A program made the translations under genes and the position numbers. 64,000 nucleotides of DNA from Eledone cirrhosa (lineage: Eukaryota), in the NCBI GenBank assembly GCA_964016885.1, contig OZ024741.1:324260001-324324000 (forward strand), written 5' to 3'. Shown one piece after another: positions 40,209 to 54,500 of this stretch. Under the pieces are notes generated by a model that worked only from the letters and a program-made list of their open reading frames with translations, ran no database searches and was not told where the DNA came from. How positions within the stretch are numbered: position 1 is the stretch's first letter; each line of letters opens with the position of its first letter.

Positions 40209-43103
40209 GAAAAAGATGAAATCGAAAATACAAGGAGTCTTTTTTTTTTTAAATATATATTTATTTGGTTCCTTTACCGGTTTCGCAGTTCTTCTGCTTT
40301 TCAAAAGTAGGATTGAGTTAGAGGGTTTGTGGTTTTTCTCAAATCTGGTTGGTCTTTGAATGTTACTTCTGTTTTATATGGAAAAAAAGTGGCTCGAAAT
40401 GCCAGGTTTTTAGAGAAGTAATTTGGTTGGTTGGTGAATAAGTATAATAAATTTCGCTCCAGTTTGCGTTACAAAGTTCTTATTATATTTGCCTTCAAAC
40501 AGGGGGGGGGGGGCTCATGTGGTTATTTCATACATGAGTGAAGTCTGGTTGGTTGATGCAGTCACGTGAATAAGCACATCAGCTTTCGCGCCAGTTTGTG
40601 TTTGAATTTATTTTTACTTAAAAAAAGGTGGCTCACGAAGGCTTTTTTTAAATAAATGTAACTTGATTGATTATAAATGAAATTATGATTGTCACGTGAA
40701 CAAGTACATTAAATTCGCGCCAGTATTTTTGAATTTTTTAATAGCCATTTAGAGAATTTTGTGCCAAACAAAAGATAATTGTTTCTACTTTTGGCACAAA
40801 GCTAGCAATTATCCAGTGTATTACTGGTACTTTAAAAGATAATTGTTTCAACTTTTGGCAAAAGGCCAGCAATTACCCAGTGCATTACTGCATACTTTAT
40901 TTTATCGACTCCGTAGGGATGAAAGGCAAAGTTAACCTCGGCGGGATTTGAACTCAGAACATAAAGTGCCGTAACAATTTGCTGCAAAGCATGGCGTCCG
41001 ACCATCTACTTATACTGCCAATACACCGCCCTAAAAGTTAATGGTCAAGAAAAAGCAATGGAGAGACTTGTTCTGAGTATGACTGATGTGCTGAAATGTA
41101 ATTTGATTGGTTATAAATAAAATTATAACTGCCACGTGAACAAGTACATTAAATTTCGCGCCCGTATTTTGGAATTTATTTTGTAGCCTTTTAGAGAATT
41201 TTTTGCCGAACAAAAGATAATGGTTAAGAAAAATGGGACGGAGAGAATTGTTCTGGTTCAGTGAATATGACTGGTGCGCTGGAGTGTCAGAATTCAGATA
41301 TTCTATTGAAATAAAGAAAGTAGAGATATGTATGTTTATTTGTGTGCTTGTGTGTATGTGTGTTTGTGTGTTTGTGTGTGTGTGCGTGTGTGTGTGTGTC
41401 TGTGTGTGTGTGTGTGTGTAGGAAGATGATTCTATTAGTAGAAGTGGGGGAGAGAGTTGTGTGTGTGTGTGTGTAGGAAAATGATTCCGTTAGTAGAAAT
41501 AGGGGAGGGAGTTATGTGTGTGTGGGGAGTGTGGTTAGCATGTTAAGGTGTTAGAGTATTACGTATGTTCAGGTTCATTTAGTGTGTGTGTATGTGTCTG
41601 TTTGGATGGTTAGCATGTTATGGTGTTGACATAATGTATATTAAACTATATTTAATGCTGGTCGATATTTTTGAATAAACATGTTTTCCTTATTTATTTG
41701 TATTTGTTCTGTTGTATTGTCAGCGCAAAGATAAAATGGGAAGACTTGGAATTTGGGTGTCTTATTACTTGCGCATATGTCTAGATGTGCACTTAGTGGT
41801 ATCTGTCTCGTGGTTGGATCTCGCAATTGTTGGCGATGAACTCTCATTCTGTTTCTGAGTGTGAGTTTAGTTTGCCCTGTATAGGCATAAATTAGATTTT
41901 TTGATGAGCAAGTGAAGTGATTTTTTTACAGCAAAATTTTGTCCTCATTGAAATGTATACGTGTTGCCTTCAATGAGGTGAGTGCAGGTCCCACAATTAG
42001 AGCGACCACATTTTTTGACAGCTGTTGTGGGTTTGTAGTAGGTAATTTGGCAAAGGTGAGTTTAGAGATTTAGGTTGTCTTTTGCTTTTGATTATTTTGT
42101 GTGTTTCAAGGGCTTTTTTCATTCTTGGATCTTGTTTCAATAGTGGGATGTTCTTGTGAATAGTGTTGTAGGCTTACGCATTTCTTGGGATATATGATAG
42201 AATATTGGACGTACCTTGAATTTGTTTCTGTTTTCGTAATTCATCAATGCCTATTGCTTTAGTACTTTCTATTCCATTATTTATTAGTATGGTGGGTACT
42301 GTCTTTCGAGTAGAATTTCCTTTAATTCGCGTTTCATAATTGGAGACAATTGTGCAAATTCTTCTTGCCAGGTTAAAAGGGGTGTTCGTCTTCGTGTGCT
42401 TTGTATTGTTGGAGGTGAATAGCAGGTATTGTTTGGAATCTGTTGGTATGTAGTTTCAATATTTGTGTATTTTTTTAAGATTAAGATATCCAGAAATGGG
42501 AGTTGATTTGGATGTGGTTATTGATTCCGTTAATTAAATTTTTGAAATCATTTAGTTGGTCGAGTGTGTGAGACCAAAGAATGAGACAATCATCCAAGTA
42601 GCGTTTCCAATTCTCTGATAAATATTTGTGGAAGTTCAATCCGTATTTTGATTTGGACTGTTCATATATCTGGACCTCCAAGTATGCCATGACTAAGTTG
42701 GCATAAGTTGGAGCGGCTTTTGTACCCATCGCAGTCCCCGATATTTGCTTGTAAGTACTGCCATCGAAATCAAAAAAGTTGTTCTGTAAAATAAATTTTA
42801 ATCCCTCGGTGATGAAGCTTTTTTCTATTCTGTCAGGTATCTCTTTGGGATATTTCTCTAGCCAGAATCCTACTGCTTCTAGTCAGTATTGGTGTGGGAT
42901 CGCTGTGTAGAGATTCCGTACATCGAAAGACACAATAATAGTGTCGTTGTTAACATGTTTGTGGAGGTGGTTTAAGAGGTCCAGATCGTCTCTTACAAGG
43001 CTTGGTATGTGTTTGAGAATTGGTTTTAGTAGTATGTCTATAAAGTTGCTTAGTCTGTGTGTTTCACATTGTGGGCACGCTACAATTGGTCTTAATTTAA
43101 GGT
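40209..43103 (-). mobile_element. Inverted copy of Neptune/Nematis-type PLE
   Basis: Reverse complement of ~43537-46119 (LRPIVA..., MGTKAAPTYAN, RYLDD, KYRPALN), with private indels and a SINE insertion. Confidence 0.92.
40835..41031 (-). mobile_element. tRNA-derived SINE with duplicated tail (~40773-40834)
   Basis: Reverse complement matches 32346-32532. Confidence 0.85.
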
Positions 43104-46100
43104 GTGGTTTAGAATTTGTGACCACATAGCAACTTTCCCATACCATGAACTACCGCAACCTAAACCCAAACCCAACACGAGTCGAAGGGAATGGGAGATT
43201 ATCCATCAATTAAAAATCAATACGGACATTATCAATAAGGAAACTGTCGTCATTATGGATGCTGAAGAATATAAACATTCTATGTTCTCTCTCTTACAAA
43301 ATACTAAGTACTATGAAAGAGTAATAATCTACCAACAATCAAAAACGATGACCAGATTAAACACATTCATTTGTCGATACCAGGAAGACTTAACTAAAAA
43401 GGAACGCGATTATTTAACACATTTTGAATACAAAACCAGCAACCTTTATGGACTTCAAAGATCGACAAGTGTAAAATAATTAACGATGCCTGTAAACAAT
43501 CCACCTCAACCAGCGTGAACACACAATACCCCACAGACCTTAAATTAAGATCAATTGTAGCCGGCCCTCAAAGTGAAACACACAGACTAAGCAACTTTAT
43601 AGACATACTACTAAAACCAATTCTCAAACACATACCAAGCCTTGTAAGAGACGATCTGGACCTCTTAAACCACCTCCCCAAACATTTCAACAACGACACT
43701 ATTATTGTGTCTTTCAATGTAATGCATCTCTACACAACGATCCCAAACCAATACGGACTAGAAGCAATAGGATTCTGGCTAGAGAAATATCCCAATGAGA
43801 TACCTGACAGAATAGAAAAAAGCTTCATCACTGAGGGATTAAAATTTATTTTACAGAACAACTTTTATGATTTCGATGGCAGTACTTACAAGCAAATATC
43901 GGGGACTGCGATGGGTACAAAAGCCGCTCCAACTTATGCCAACTTAGTCATGGCATACTTGGAAGTCCAGATATATGAACAGTCCAAATCAAAATACGGA
44001 TTGAACTTCCACAAATATTTATCAGAGAATTGAAAACGCTACTTGGATGATTGTCTCATTCTTTGGTCTCACACACTCGACCAACTAAATGATTTCAAAA
44101 ATTTAATTAACGGAATCAATAACCACATCCAATTCACAATGGAATACAGCCAAGATCAACTCCCATGTCTGGACATCTTAATCTTAAAAAAAGACACAAA
44201 CATTGAAATTGACATACACTACAAACCAACAGATTCCAAACAATAAATGCTATTGACCTCCGACCATGCAAAGCACACGAAGACGAACATCCCTTTTAAC
44301 CTAGCAAGAAGAATTTGCACAATTGTCTCCAATTATGAAACGCGAAATAAAAGACTTCAAGAATTAAAGGAAATTCTACACGAAAGACAGTACCCATCAT
44401 TACTAATAAATAATGGAATAGAAAGGGCTAAAGCCATAGGCATTGATGAATTACGAAAACAGAAACAAATTCAAGGTACACCCAATATTCTATCATATAT
44501 CTCAACACACAATCCAAGAAATGCGTAAGCTTACAACACTATTCACAAGAACATCCCACTATTGAAACAAGATCCAAGAATGAAAAAAGCCCTTGAAACA
44601 CACAAAATAATCAAAATCAAAAGACAACCGAAATCACTAAAAACATTACTCACCAATGCCAAATTACCTACCACAAACCGACAACCAACTGTCAAAAAAT
44701 GTGGTCGCTCTAATTGTGGAACCTGCACTCACCTCATTGAAGACAACGCCTATACATTTCAATCAGGACAAAATATTTCTATAACAAATAACTTCACTTG
44801 CTCATCAAAAAATCTACTTTATGCCATTAAATGTAAAGGATGCAATGAAGATTATATAGGACTAACTAAACTCACACTCAGAAACAAAATGACAGTTGAT
44901 CGCCAACAATAACGAGATCCAACCACGAGACAGATACCACTAAGTGCATATCTAGACATATGCGCAAGTAATAAAACACCCAAATTCCAAGTCTTCCCAT
45001 TTTATCTTTGCGCTGACAATAAAACCGAACAAATACGAATATATAAGGAAAACATGTTTATTAAAAAATATAGACCAGCATTAAATATAGTTTAATATAC
45101 ATTATGTCAACACCATAACATGCTAACCATCAAAACAGACACATACATACACACACACATAACACCTTCAACTTTAGAAAACAAACCTTAAAATACGTTA
45201 ATACTCTAACACCTTAACATGCTAACCCCCCCCCCCCCACACACACACACACACATAACTCCCTCCCATATTTCTACTAACGGAATCATTTTCCAACACA
45301 CACACAAAATATATATATTCCCTCCATCTTAACATGCTAACCATACTCTCACGCACACATACACACACACATAGCACACATACACACACAGCTCCCTCCC
45401 CTATTTCTACTAATAGAATCATTTTCCTACACACACACACAACATATATATATTCTCTCCCTCTTAAAAATGCTAATCATACTCCCACACACACATAACA
45501 CCCATAAACACACACACAACTCTCTCCCCCATTTCTACTAATAGAATCATCTTCCTACACATACACACACACACACACTCACAAGCACACAAATAAACAA
45601 ATATCTCTACTTTCTTTATTTCAATAGAATGTCTGATTTCTCACACTCCAGCGCACCAGCCATATTCACTGAACCAGAACAATTCTCCCCGTCCCATTTT
45701 TCAAGTAAAAAGAAATTCAAACACAAACTGGCGCGAAAGCTGTTCTGCTTATTCATGTAACTGCATAAACCAACCAAACTTCACTCACATATGAAAAAAC
45801 AACCTGAGCCCCCCCCCCCCCCTCTTTGAAGGCAAATATAATAAGAACTGTGTAACGCGAACTGGAGCGAAATTTATTATACTTATTCACCAGCCAACCA
45901 AATTACTTCTCTAAAAACCAGGCATTTCGAGCCACTTTTTCCATATAAAACAGAAGTAACATTCAAAGACCAACCAGATGTGAGAAAAACCACAAACCCT
46001 CCATCTCAATCCTACTTTTGAAAAGCAGAAGAACTGCGAAACCGGTAAAGGAACCAATTAAATATATATTTAAAAAAAAAAAATGGCTCCAGTTGCATTT

Positions 46101-46119
46101 TCGATTACATCTTTTTTCC
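43104..46119 (+). mobile_element. Neptune/Nematis-type Penelope-like element (RT + GIY-YIG), decayed
   Basis: GTAMGTKAAPTYAN and YLDD RT motifs; CGRSNCGTC linker; LLYAIKCKGCNEDYIG endonuclease; stops and frameshifts; ~1-kb 3' UTR. Confidence 0.92.
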
Positions 46120-46309
46120 TTATACTTTCACTCTTGTAGGACTCCTCGGTTATTTTTCATTTTGTTAAAGAAAACCTCACTTTCTAATATATATATGTAT
46201 ATATATATATGCAAACACACACACACACACACACACAGAGGTGTGTGTTTGTGTGTGTGTGTGTGTAATTACGACTGTAAGTTGCCCAAACCTGCACATA
46301 TATACATCT

Positions 46310-47900
46310 AGAATAAACCATAGTTATCCAAAAAATTGAATCAAATGTAGCCAATTAACACACTTCCGGCCTCATGCCCGAAACCATATAGCACAAGGAA
46401 AGCAAAATCTAATCTCGATATTCTAAACCATGCCATAATCCACCCGTCAAACAACCACCCACCTTCAACAATTACTGGTATGGTATTCACAAACGTTATC
46501 AGGCTGCAATTACTACCCCATTGCCTAATTGGCAATGTAACCACATACTCATTGCAACCACTGGAAACATTCTCCGATCTTATACTCTCGTCGAATCTGA
46601 TCCGATATGCAGGTATGCATCGAAATAAAGTCAATAACCATAATGTACAGTAACCAAAGGCAAACTATTAAATCACCGATTAATTTAATCTAAAAAAACT
46701 ATCTCACTTAATGAAGTGAAATCACTCTAAACGCCCATTAATCTAATCCAAATCTTATCGCACGAAACGAACCAATAAACAAACGGAATGAAGCAACGCG
46801 CTGAGTTAATATATGACCAAATAAAAAGATAATTAAAACCGGATATAAAATCACTATAAATAGGATTTCAAACCAAAAACAGATTAAAGCAAACACAGAT
46901 AACGTGAAAAATAACATACAGGAAACTCCTATCAGAAAATATTACAAACCATTCAACATGAAATTATAAAAAAATAACTGAAAAACTAATTATTGATAAC
47001 TAAATAAATTACTAAATAAATTGCTAAAAAATAATATAAATAAAAATAACTGAAAAATTATCTTATCCGTACTTTGTAACTCATAAGAACATGCAAGGAA
47101 ATTAATAGAAACAGTTGCCTATTTATTATATGTGTTTCAAAAGGATGTAGCAGAAAGTAGGGGTCCTATCCCTGCCTGCTCCTCTCTTCAAGAGTAAGCC
47201 ACCTAACCCTTAAATACTTAACCATAAAGCAAGCAATTATCCTTGAAAGGAGACGATCCCCGCCCACTCCATATAGTTAAAAAAAAACCACGGTCAAACA
47301 AACTGGAGACAGATTGTGACGACGAGGAGTGGGAAATGGTATCAGGAAAAAAGAAAAAAAGAAAAAGAATCCAAAAAAGAAAATAATTCTCTTCCATCCC
47401 CCTCCAAAAACAAAATACAGAAGGAAACAAATAAACTATCAACAAAAAAGTTAGGACAGCTATGCCATCATCCACACCAGCATCACCAACCCCATCACCA
47501 CACACACCAACACCATCACCATCATTAACCACAACACCACCATCACCAACACTAGAAAAGTCACCAAAAAGCGAAACAGAAACAAACCCACAACAAACGA
47601 AAACAAAAAAAAAACAACCAAAACGATACACACTACACAGCATTAAATTTGAACAACAACCAACTGTTACACTACATCCAACACAACACCAGCATCACAG
47701 AAAAAGACTACACAACACCCCAAAAGTTCACACAAGCTCCACACATACAAATCACTCGCATCACAGAGAAAACGTACACGACACTAAAATAAAAAATCCC
47801 CAAAACATCGGAGGATTTATAAGGACATCCTTCCGGAGGAGGCCACAAGCAGTGAAAAGGATGGACAAAACCATCCTTCCTCTACGAGAAGTAAGTTAAG
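46310..47900 (+). mobile_element. Probable decayed ORF1/5' region of L1/Tx1 element
   Basis: A-rich, T/P/K-rich broken frames lying immediately upstream of an L1 ORF2 start; no intact domain recognised. Confidence 0.45.
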
Positions 47901-47933
47901 TGGTCTTTCCCATCTTTTCCACTCCATTTCAAC

Positions 47934-50900
47934 ATGACCTCATTCAGAATAGGCAGCATAACATAGGTCACTAAACATAGAAGTAGTGGCCATCAGCGAG
48001 AACAGAATCTCTGAAGCACGGGCCTTCGCACCGATCTTCGGCGGCTACGATGTGTACGCATCTCCCAGCCGTCCTGGATCACGGGGTGGAGTTGCTGTGC
48101 TTTTTCGGAGAGGTTTGAATCTCGCCATACGGGCCATCTTCCTGGACCCTAGAAGGTAAGTTGGTGGTGCTGAACGTGACCAGCGGGGACGGGTAAGCTT
48201 TCAGGCTAGTGGCCGTCTATGCCCCGACAGGAGCAGGGCGGCCTGATTTCTTCCGGGAGTCTGGAGACCTTTCTTGGAACGTCCCGCTCTTTAGTGTTAG
48301 TGGGCGACTGGAACGGGATCTTAGATGTACGCTGGGACTGTGTGGGATTAGCGGATATGGGAGGAGGGTGCAAGAGCCTCACCAATCTGCTCAGGCGTTT
48401 TGAACTGTCTGACAGGTACCGATTGGATTTCCCGAATGTGCTAATGTGGACTTGGACAGACAGCATCGGGTCATCCAGATCATATCTAGATAGAGTATTT
48501 TGTAGGTAAATAGATAGGTCTAGCATAGGCTGTCGACAATTCAAGATAGTCAGCGACACGGACCACAAATTCGTGATCTGTGTGCTTGACTTAGATAGGC
48601 GTCATAGACGAGGACTCGGCTACTGGAAGCTAAACGCGTCCTTACCAGCGCGCAAGGCCTACAGAGACTGGATTAGCGAACTAGTTAAGCGGGCGTTGAC
48701 GGGGGCCATCGTCAACAACAAGTGGTGGTTTGCTCTGAAAAGAGCAATTAGAATAGAGTCCATTAGGTTTAGTAAGGCTTTTTAGCTATAGAGAAAAATA
48801 GAGCAGAGGGAGAACTAGTTGGAAAATTAGACGAGGCGCTTAGCAAAGGCATGGCGAACGACGTACTTGCGGCGAAATTGGCCCTTGACCAATTCTTCAA
48901 TGCAAAGCACGAAGGCTGCGTTGTCAGAGCTAAGGTGCGTGCTCTCAGACACGAGGGGACAAAATCCATTCAATGAGCCCGAGTGGCGGAGGCACGTCGT
49001 GGTAACAAAGCCACGATCCGGTCTTTGGTGGACCACGACGGGCGCATGCTACTCGATCCCGGGCAAATGTGTGAAGCTTTTCAGCGACACGTCGCTCAGT
49101 TGTTCGGGGGCAGCGGTGGGCCGGATCAAGGGATGGACTTTAGTGTCTACCTCGACGGACTGAGGCGGAGTGTTGTGAAAAGCCGATAACAGCCGCTGAA
49201 GTACGGGAGGCAATGATTTGCTGCACAAGGGGTAAATCGCCTGGTTTGGATGGTCTGCCCTATGAACTTTACGTACAGATACCAGACTTGTTCAGAGGCC
49301 TCTTGGCAGACGTCTACTGCAACTGGCAACAGAACGGTAGAATTCCCAGCCCTGTCAGCCGAGGAGCGGTGGCGCTGCTGAGAAAGGATCCGAACAAGAG
49401 GGATAACATAGACAATTTCAGGCCCATAACTCTGCTAAACACAGAGTTCAAGATTTTGGCCAAGGTGCTAGCAAAGTCGTTGGCACTTGACGTTGGTGGT
49501 CTGGTGGGAGAGGCGCAGACATGCGCCATTCCCGACAGATCCATCGAAGACAACCTCCACCTCATGCGATACATAGTAGAGAGGGTAGTTAGGGAACCTG
49601 GCACGGGTGGGTCCTTGATCAATTTAGATCAGTCGAAAGCTTTCGATAGGGTCGACCATCGTTACCTAGCGGCAGTCCTGAGGGCGGTTGTCTTTGGGCC
49701 CGTCGTCAGAGGCTGGATCGCTGCCATGCACAGCGACATCTGCTCTGTGGTGAGAGTGAACGGTCACCTTTCGGAACCGTTCAACATCATGCGCTCGGTC
49801 CGCCAAGGATGTCCCCTCTCGTCCCTATTGTACGTATTGACTCTCGAGCCATTACTGCACAAACTGGAGACGTTGAGGTGGGGGTCCAGCGCGAACTAGG
49901 ATGCGGAAGATCCGTGTCAGCATATGCGGACGATGTTACCGTAGTGGTGTCGAACGCCAAACACATCGAGGCGATCGGCACTACACTAAGAGAATACGAA
50001 GCGGTGACAGGAGCAATGATCAACCAGGAAAAGTCAGTGGGCCTGCAGCTCGGCACCTGGTGAGGCAGATCCATGCCGTCCAACAGCGTCGTTGGGCGCT
50101 GGACGGACGGACCGTTTAAATTGCTAGTGGTCTGGTTCGGTGCGGACCTTCAGACGGAGAAAAACTGGGACGAGGGGACGAGCAGGGTGGCTTCTCTCAA
50201 CCAGAAATTGGCGGAGCGGAAGCTATCCCTGAAAGGTCGAGCGGCAGGTGGCTAACGCGTACATCGCGTCCGTCATCTACTACCGCCTCACCGTCGTACC
50301 TTGTCCTAAGCCCCGCCTGACTGCGCTGGAGCGTTTGCTCTTTCGCTTTTTGTGGAACGGACACGCTCCGATGGTCAGGCGTTCCATCTGCTGTCAACAC
50401 CCGCTACTTGGAGGGCTGGGCAAGCCGTGGCTGATGATGCGCAGACACGCGCTCAGGCTACGACATCTCCACCTCTTCCTCGACGGTGATCAGGTGTGGT
50501 CGTGGTCGCCGTTTGCTAGACATGTCTGTCCCCAGCTCGTCTCCTTGACGGAGCTGCAGTCCTGGGTCAAGCGAAGACCGACAGGGAGCGCTTGGAGACT
50601 GGAATGTCTTCAGGCGCTCACAACCCTCGACCAATCGGGCAATGTGATCGGTGGAAACTCCACCTCGGCGTTCTATAGAGGATCAGTGGAGGGGAACAGC
50701 GATGACGTACTTGGGGAAACTCTAGGCGTCGACGAAAATCAACTAGCCAATCTCTTTGGAAGAACTTTCGGGCCGGGGCCTATGGACAACTTCCAGAAAT
50801 TCCTGGCCTGGCAGTGCTACCGAGGAGCTTTGCCAGTTCGGGATAAACTCTACAGGCATGGAGGTGCCGTCAGCCGGGCATGTCCGAGATGCGCGTAGGG

Positions 50901-51545
50901 CGACGAAACCGTCCTGCACGCACTCGTCCAGTGTCCGAGCATTGCTGACTTGTAGGTTTATGTCGAACACCTGCTGTCGCGTGTAGGACGGATCCAGCTA
51001 CCAGCTGAGTCCATCGTGAGGATTGCCCCGCCCTCTTCGTTTAGCCGGGAAGGGCAGGAAGTTTTTATCTGTCTGGTGGCCATGGCGAAAGAGATAGTAT
51101 GGTGGACACGTTTGAAAGGGCTGAAGACGAGCACTTACCTCTTCGGTGATGCCCTGATTAACTTTTTCAAATTTCATCTGAAAAGGAAAATCAGGGTAGA
51201 GAGGGAAGTGCTCTCTTCCCAGCATTGTGTTGAAAGATGGGTGAGAGAAGCAAGAATGGCCCGAGTGAATGGGCCTACTCTGAGTATATATCTGTAAATT
51301 AAAGGTGGAAAACTGGGAGAGGGCACTTGCCTTGGTGGTCAGGGTCACCGTGTCCTTTTACTGGGCTTTCTCCACAAATGTCCCTCCGAAGTCTCCCCAT
51401 ATTGAGAAATTTTTCATTGTAATTTTTTTGTTACATCCTCTGTTTTTGTTTTTTACACGCAGAAATGCCCATTTGTACCGTCCTGTATTGTCCTGCACTG
51501 TCCTTAATGTCTACTTTATGTAAACCCTTGTGGTTAATAAAGAAA

Positions 51546-51546
<1 letters not shown>
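47934..51546 (+). mobile_element. L1/Tx1-clade LINE ORF2 (APE endonuclease + RT), near full length, decayed
   Basis: MTSFRIGSI start, GGVAVL, VYAP, VGDWN, SYLDR, SDTDH, GYWKLN, KSPGLDGLP, FRPITLLN, LDQSKAFDRVDH, RQGCPLS, YADD, CPRC...ET..H; ends AATAAAGAAATC(ATT)n. Confidence 0.95.
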
Positions 51547-51547
<1 letters not shown>

Positions 51548-51577
<30 letters not shown>

Positions 51578-54500
51578 TGCGTTTATCTTGCTTTATGTTC
51601 ATACGAGTTATCACCAAGTCACAACTAGTGACCTCAAGAGACAACAAGGTCCGCCATGTTCAAGAACGAACATACATATTCACACATGCATCCTTAGTGT
51701 TTAGACTTGTGATGTACTTATATTGACAGGATCTTCCTTAGTATATGGGCAGTTCCCATTAGTACTATCTTTTGTATTTCTCCTATACGCGGGCTTCCTG
51801 GGATTTGCGATAAGTAGTCGTTATACCCCTTAGGTATCATTCCCAGAACGCCTACAACCACTGGTATTGTTTTAGTTCTCAATTTCCACATTTTTCCAAT
51901 TTCTATCTCCAGGTCCTTATACTTGCTCAATTTTTCAAATGTTTTTATAGATACATTCTTGTCTATTGGAACAGACATATCAATTAGCAGGCATACCCTC
52001 CTTTGAAAGTCCTTCAATATTATATCAGGTCTATTTGCATCTATTTTTCGGTCTGTTTGGATGCTAAAGTTCCACAAGATTGAGATGTGATCTTTTTCAA
52101 GTATGGGTGGTGGTTGATGCTCCCACCAATTCTTTTGATGGGGCAGGTCAAAATGCTTACACATTATCCAATGTATGTATTGTGCAGCTCTGTCATGCCT
52201 GTTTAGGTATTCGGTTGGAGCTATAGGACTGCACATTGAAATTATATGGTCAATGGTCTCTGGTTGTTTTTTGCATACACGGCATAATGGGCTGCACCCA
52301 TTTTTTATTATGTTGGCTTGGTAATTTTTTGTTGGCAGACACTGATCTTGTGCCGATATAATCAGTCCTTCAGTCTCCGATTTCAGTCCAGAGGATGCCA
52401 ACCACTGATGGGTTAAAGTTTTGTCAACATCAGGATTGTTAGCTCGCTCTGGGTATTTTCCATACAGAGGCTTTTCTTGCCATTTCTTAGCCAGTTTCTG
52501 TAGCAGTTCTTTCTTTGCAGTTACTTTTACCTGCTTTGCTTTTTCTGTGTTTTCCATTTCAGCAGTAAATGGGACTTCTGAAAGTTGTAGTCCATTACTG
52601 TATCTTTGTGCATCTCTTGTAATGGAATATGATCTTTTGATGCTTTCGTGTTTCAAAACGAGTTTGATCATCCAATCATGTGATTCCGTTAGATATGTGG
52701 ATAATCCAATTGTTGCAGTTTTCAACGCAATGTCTAACTGGATTAACCCACGTCCTCCTTCTTTCCTAGGGAGATATATTCTATCTATGTCTGCCTTAGG
52801 GTGATGCATTCTGTGCATGGTTAAGAATTTTCGGATTTTTGTATCGAGCCTACGGATCTCTGTGCTTGACCAATTGATGACATTGTAACTGTAGGTTACT
52901 ACTGGTATGGAAAGCGTGTTTATGGCATCGATCCTATTCCTTGCATTCAATTCCGTTCTTAAGATTGCTCTGACTCTGCGGTAACATTCCTTCCTTATCC
53001 TTTCCCTCATTGTCGAGTGCTTGATTCCGTCTCCTTCACAAACACCTAGATATTTGTAAGTTTTTTCTTGATCCAGCTCTCTTATCACGTTCCCCCGATC
53101 AAGATTAATGTCTGAACTCTTCAGCAGCTTTCCTCTGGTGAACGTTGCTTTGGCGCATTTATCCAGTCCAAACTCCATTTTAATGTCATCACTGAACTGC
53201 TTCACAGTGGATAATAGCCCTTGCAATTGTTCATCATTTTTTGCAAATAGTTTCAGGTCATCCATGTAGAACAGGTGATTAATGGTTTTGTCATAGACTC
53301 TATATCCATGTTTTGTTTCATTGAGCATTTTACTTAATGGTATAAGTGCGATGCAGAATAAAAGCGGTGATAAAGAGTCACCCTGAAAAATTCCACAATT
53401 AATATTAACTTCTCCAGCTTCCACTGATTTTGTTTCACTATTCAAAAGGAGTGTCGTTCTCCATGTCTTCATACTGAATGACAAAAACCTCCTGACAACG
53501 GGGGATATTTTGAAAATCTCTAAACATTTTTCAATCCAACTGTGTGGCAAACTATCGAATGCTTTTTTATAATCTATCCAAGCAATCGATAGATTTTTGT
53601 GTCTATTAGGACAATCTTCCACTATCATTTTGTTAACCAGAAGCTGATCCTTACAGCCATATGAGCCTCGTTTACACCCTTTCTGCTCAATGGGAAATAG
53701 GTCATTTGTTATCAGGTGGTCATATGTGTATTCAGTTAGGACTGATGTTAAAATTTTATACATTGTGGTCAAGCAGGTTATCGGTCTGTAATTTTTGGGA
53801 TTGTTTGTCTCATCATTCTTCGGTAGCAGGAATGTAATGCCGTTAACTAGCCATGATGGTATCTTTTCTGGCTCCTTAACTATTTCATTGTAAAGTTGGG
53901 CTAACAGCTCATGAGACTCTGTGAAGGCATTTATCCAAAAGTTTTGTATTTTGGCTTTTCTTGGGGATTTCCATTTGCTGGTTTTTCTTAGAGCCAAGCG
54001 CAACTGTTCAACTGTTATATTTTCCCATGTTTGTTCTTCAAGGTGAGCTGTTTCTTTCATTTGTCTGTCTATCCATGGGGCATGTATGTTATGAACTTTT
54101 TCTTCGGCCCAGATCTTTTCCCAGAATTCTTGCACTTCCTCCTTGGGTGGTATTGATTAGCAGTTATTGTTGACTTACCAATTTTTCTGTAGAAGTTTCT
54201 TTGGTTGTTTTTGAACATATTATTGTCCTTATAGAATCTAGATCGTTTTCAAAGCGCCTTATACGAGAAGCTTTGGCCGACACTTTTTGCTTGATTATTT
54301 CTATCAGCATGTCTATGTCACATGTTGATTTTATACTGTACTTTTTTTTTCAATTTTCTAAGTTTAGTTTGTTTAACATGTTCACCTACTTTATAGTTTG
54401 TTAAAATTTCTATGTCAGATCGGAGAAGGTTTATTTGGCGATTGATGTTATCTTGCCAAGTAGATTTCTTGTGGGAATTCCTTTTTTTTTTCATCTTCAC

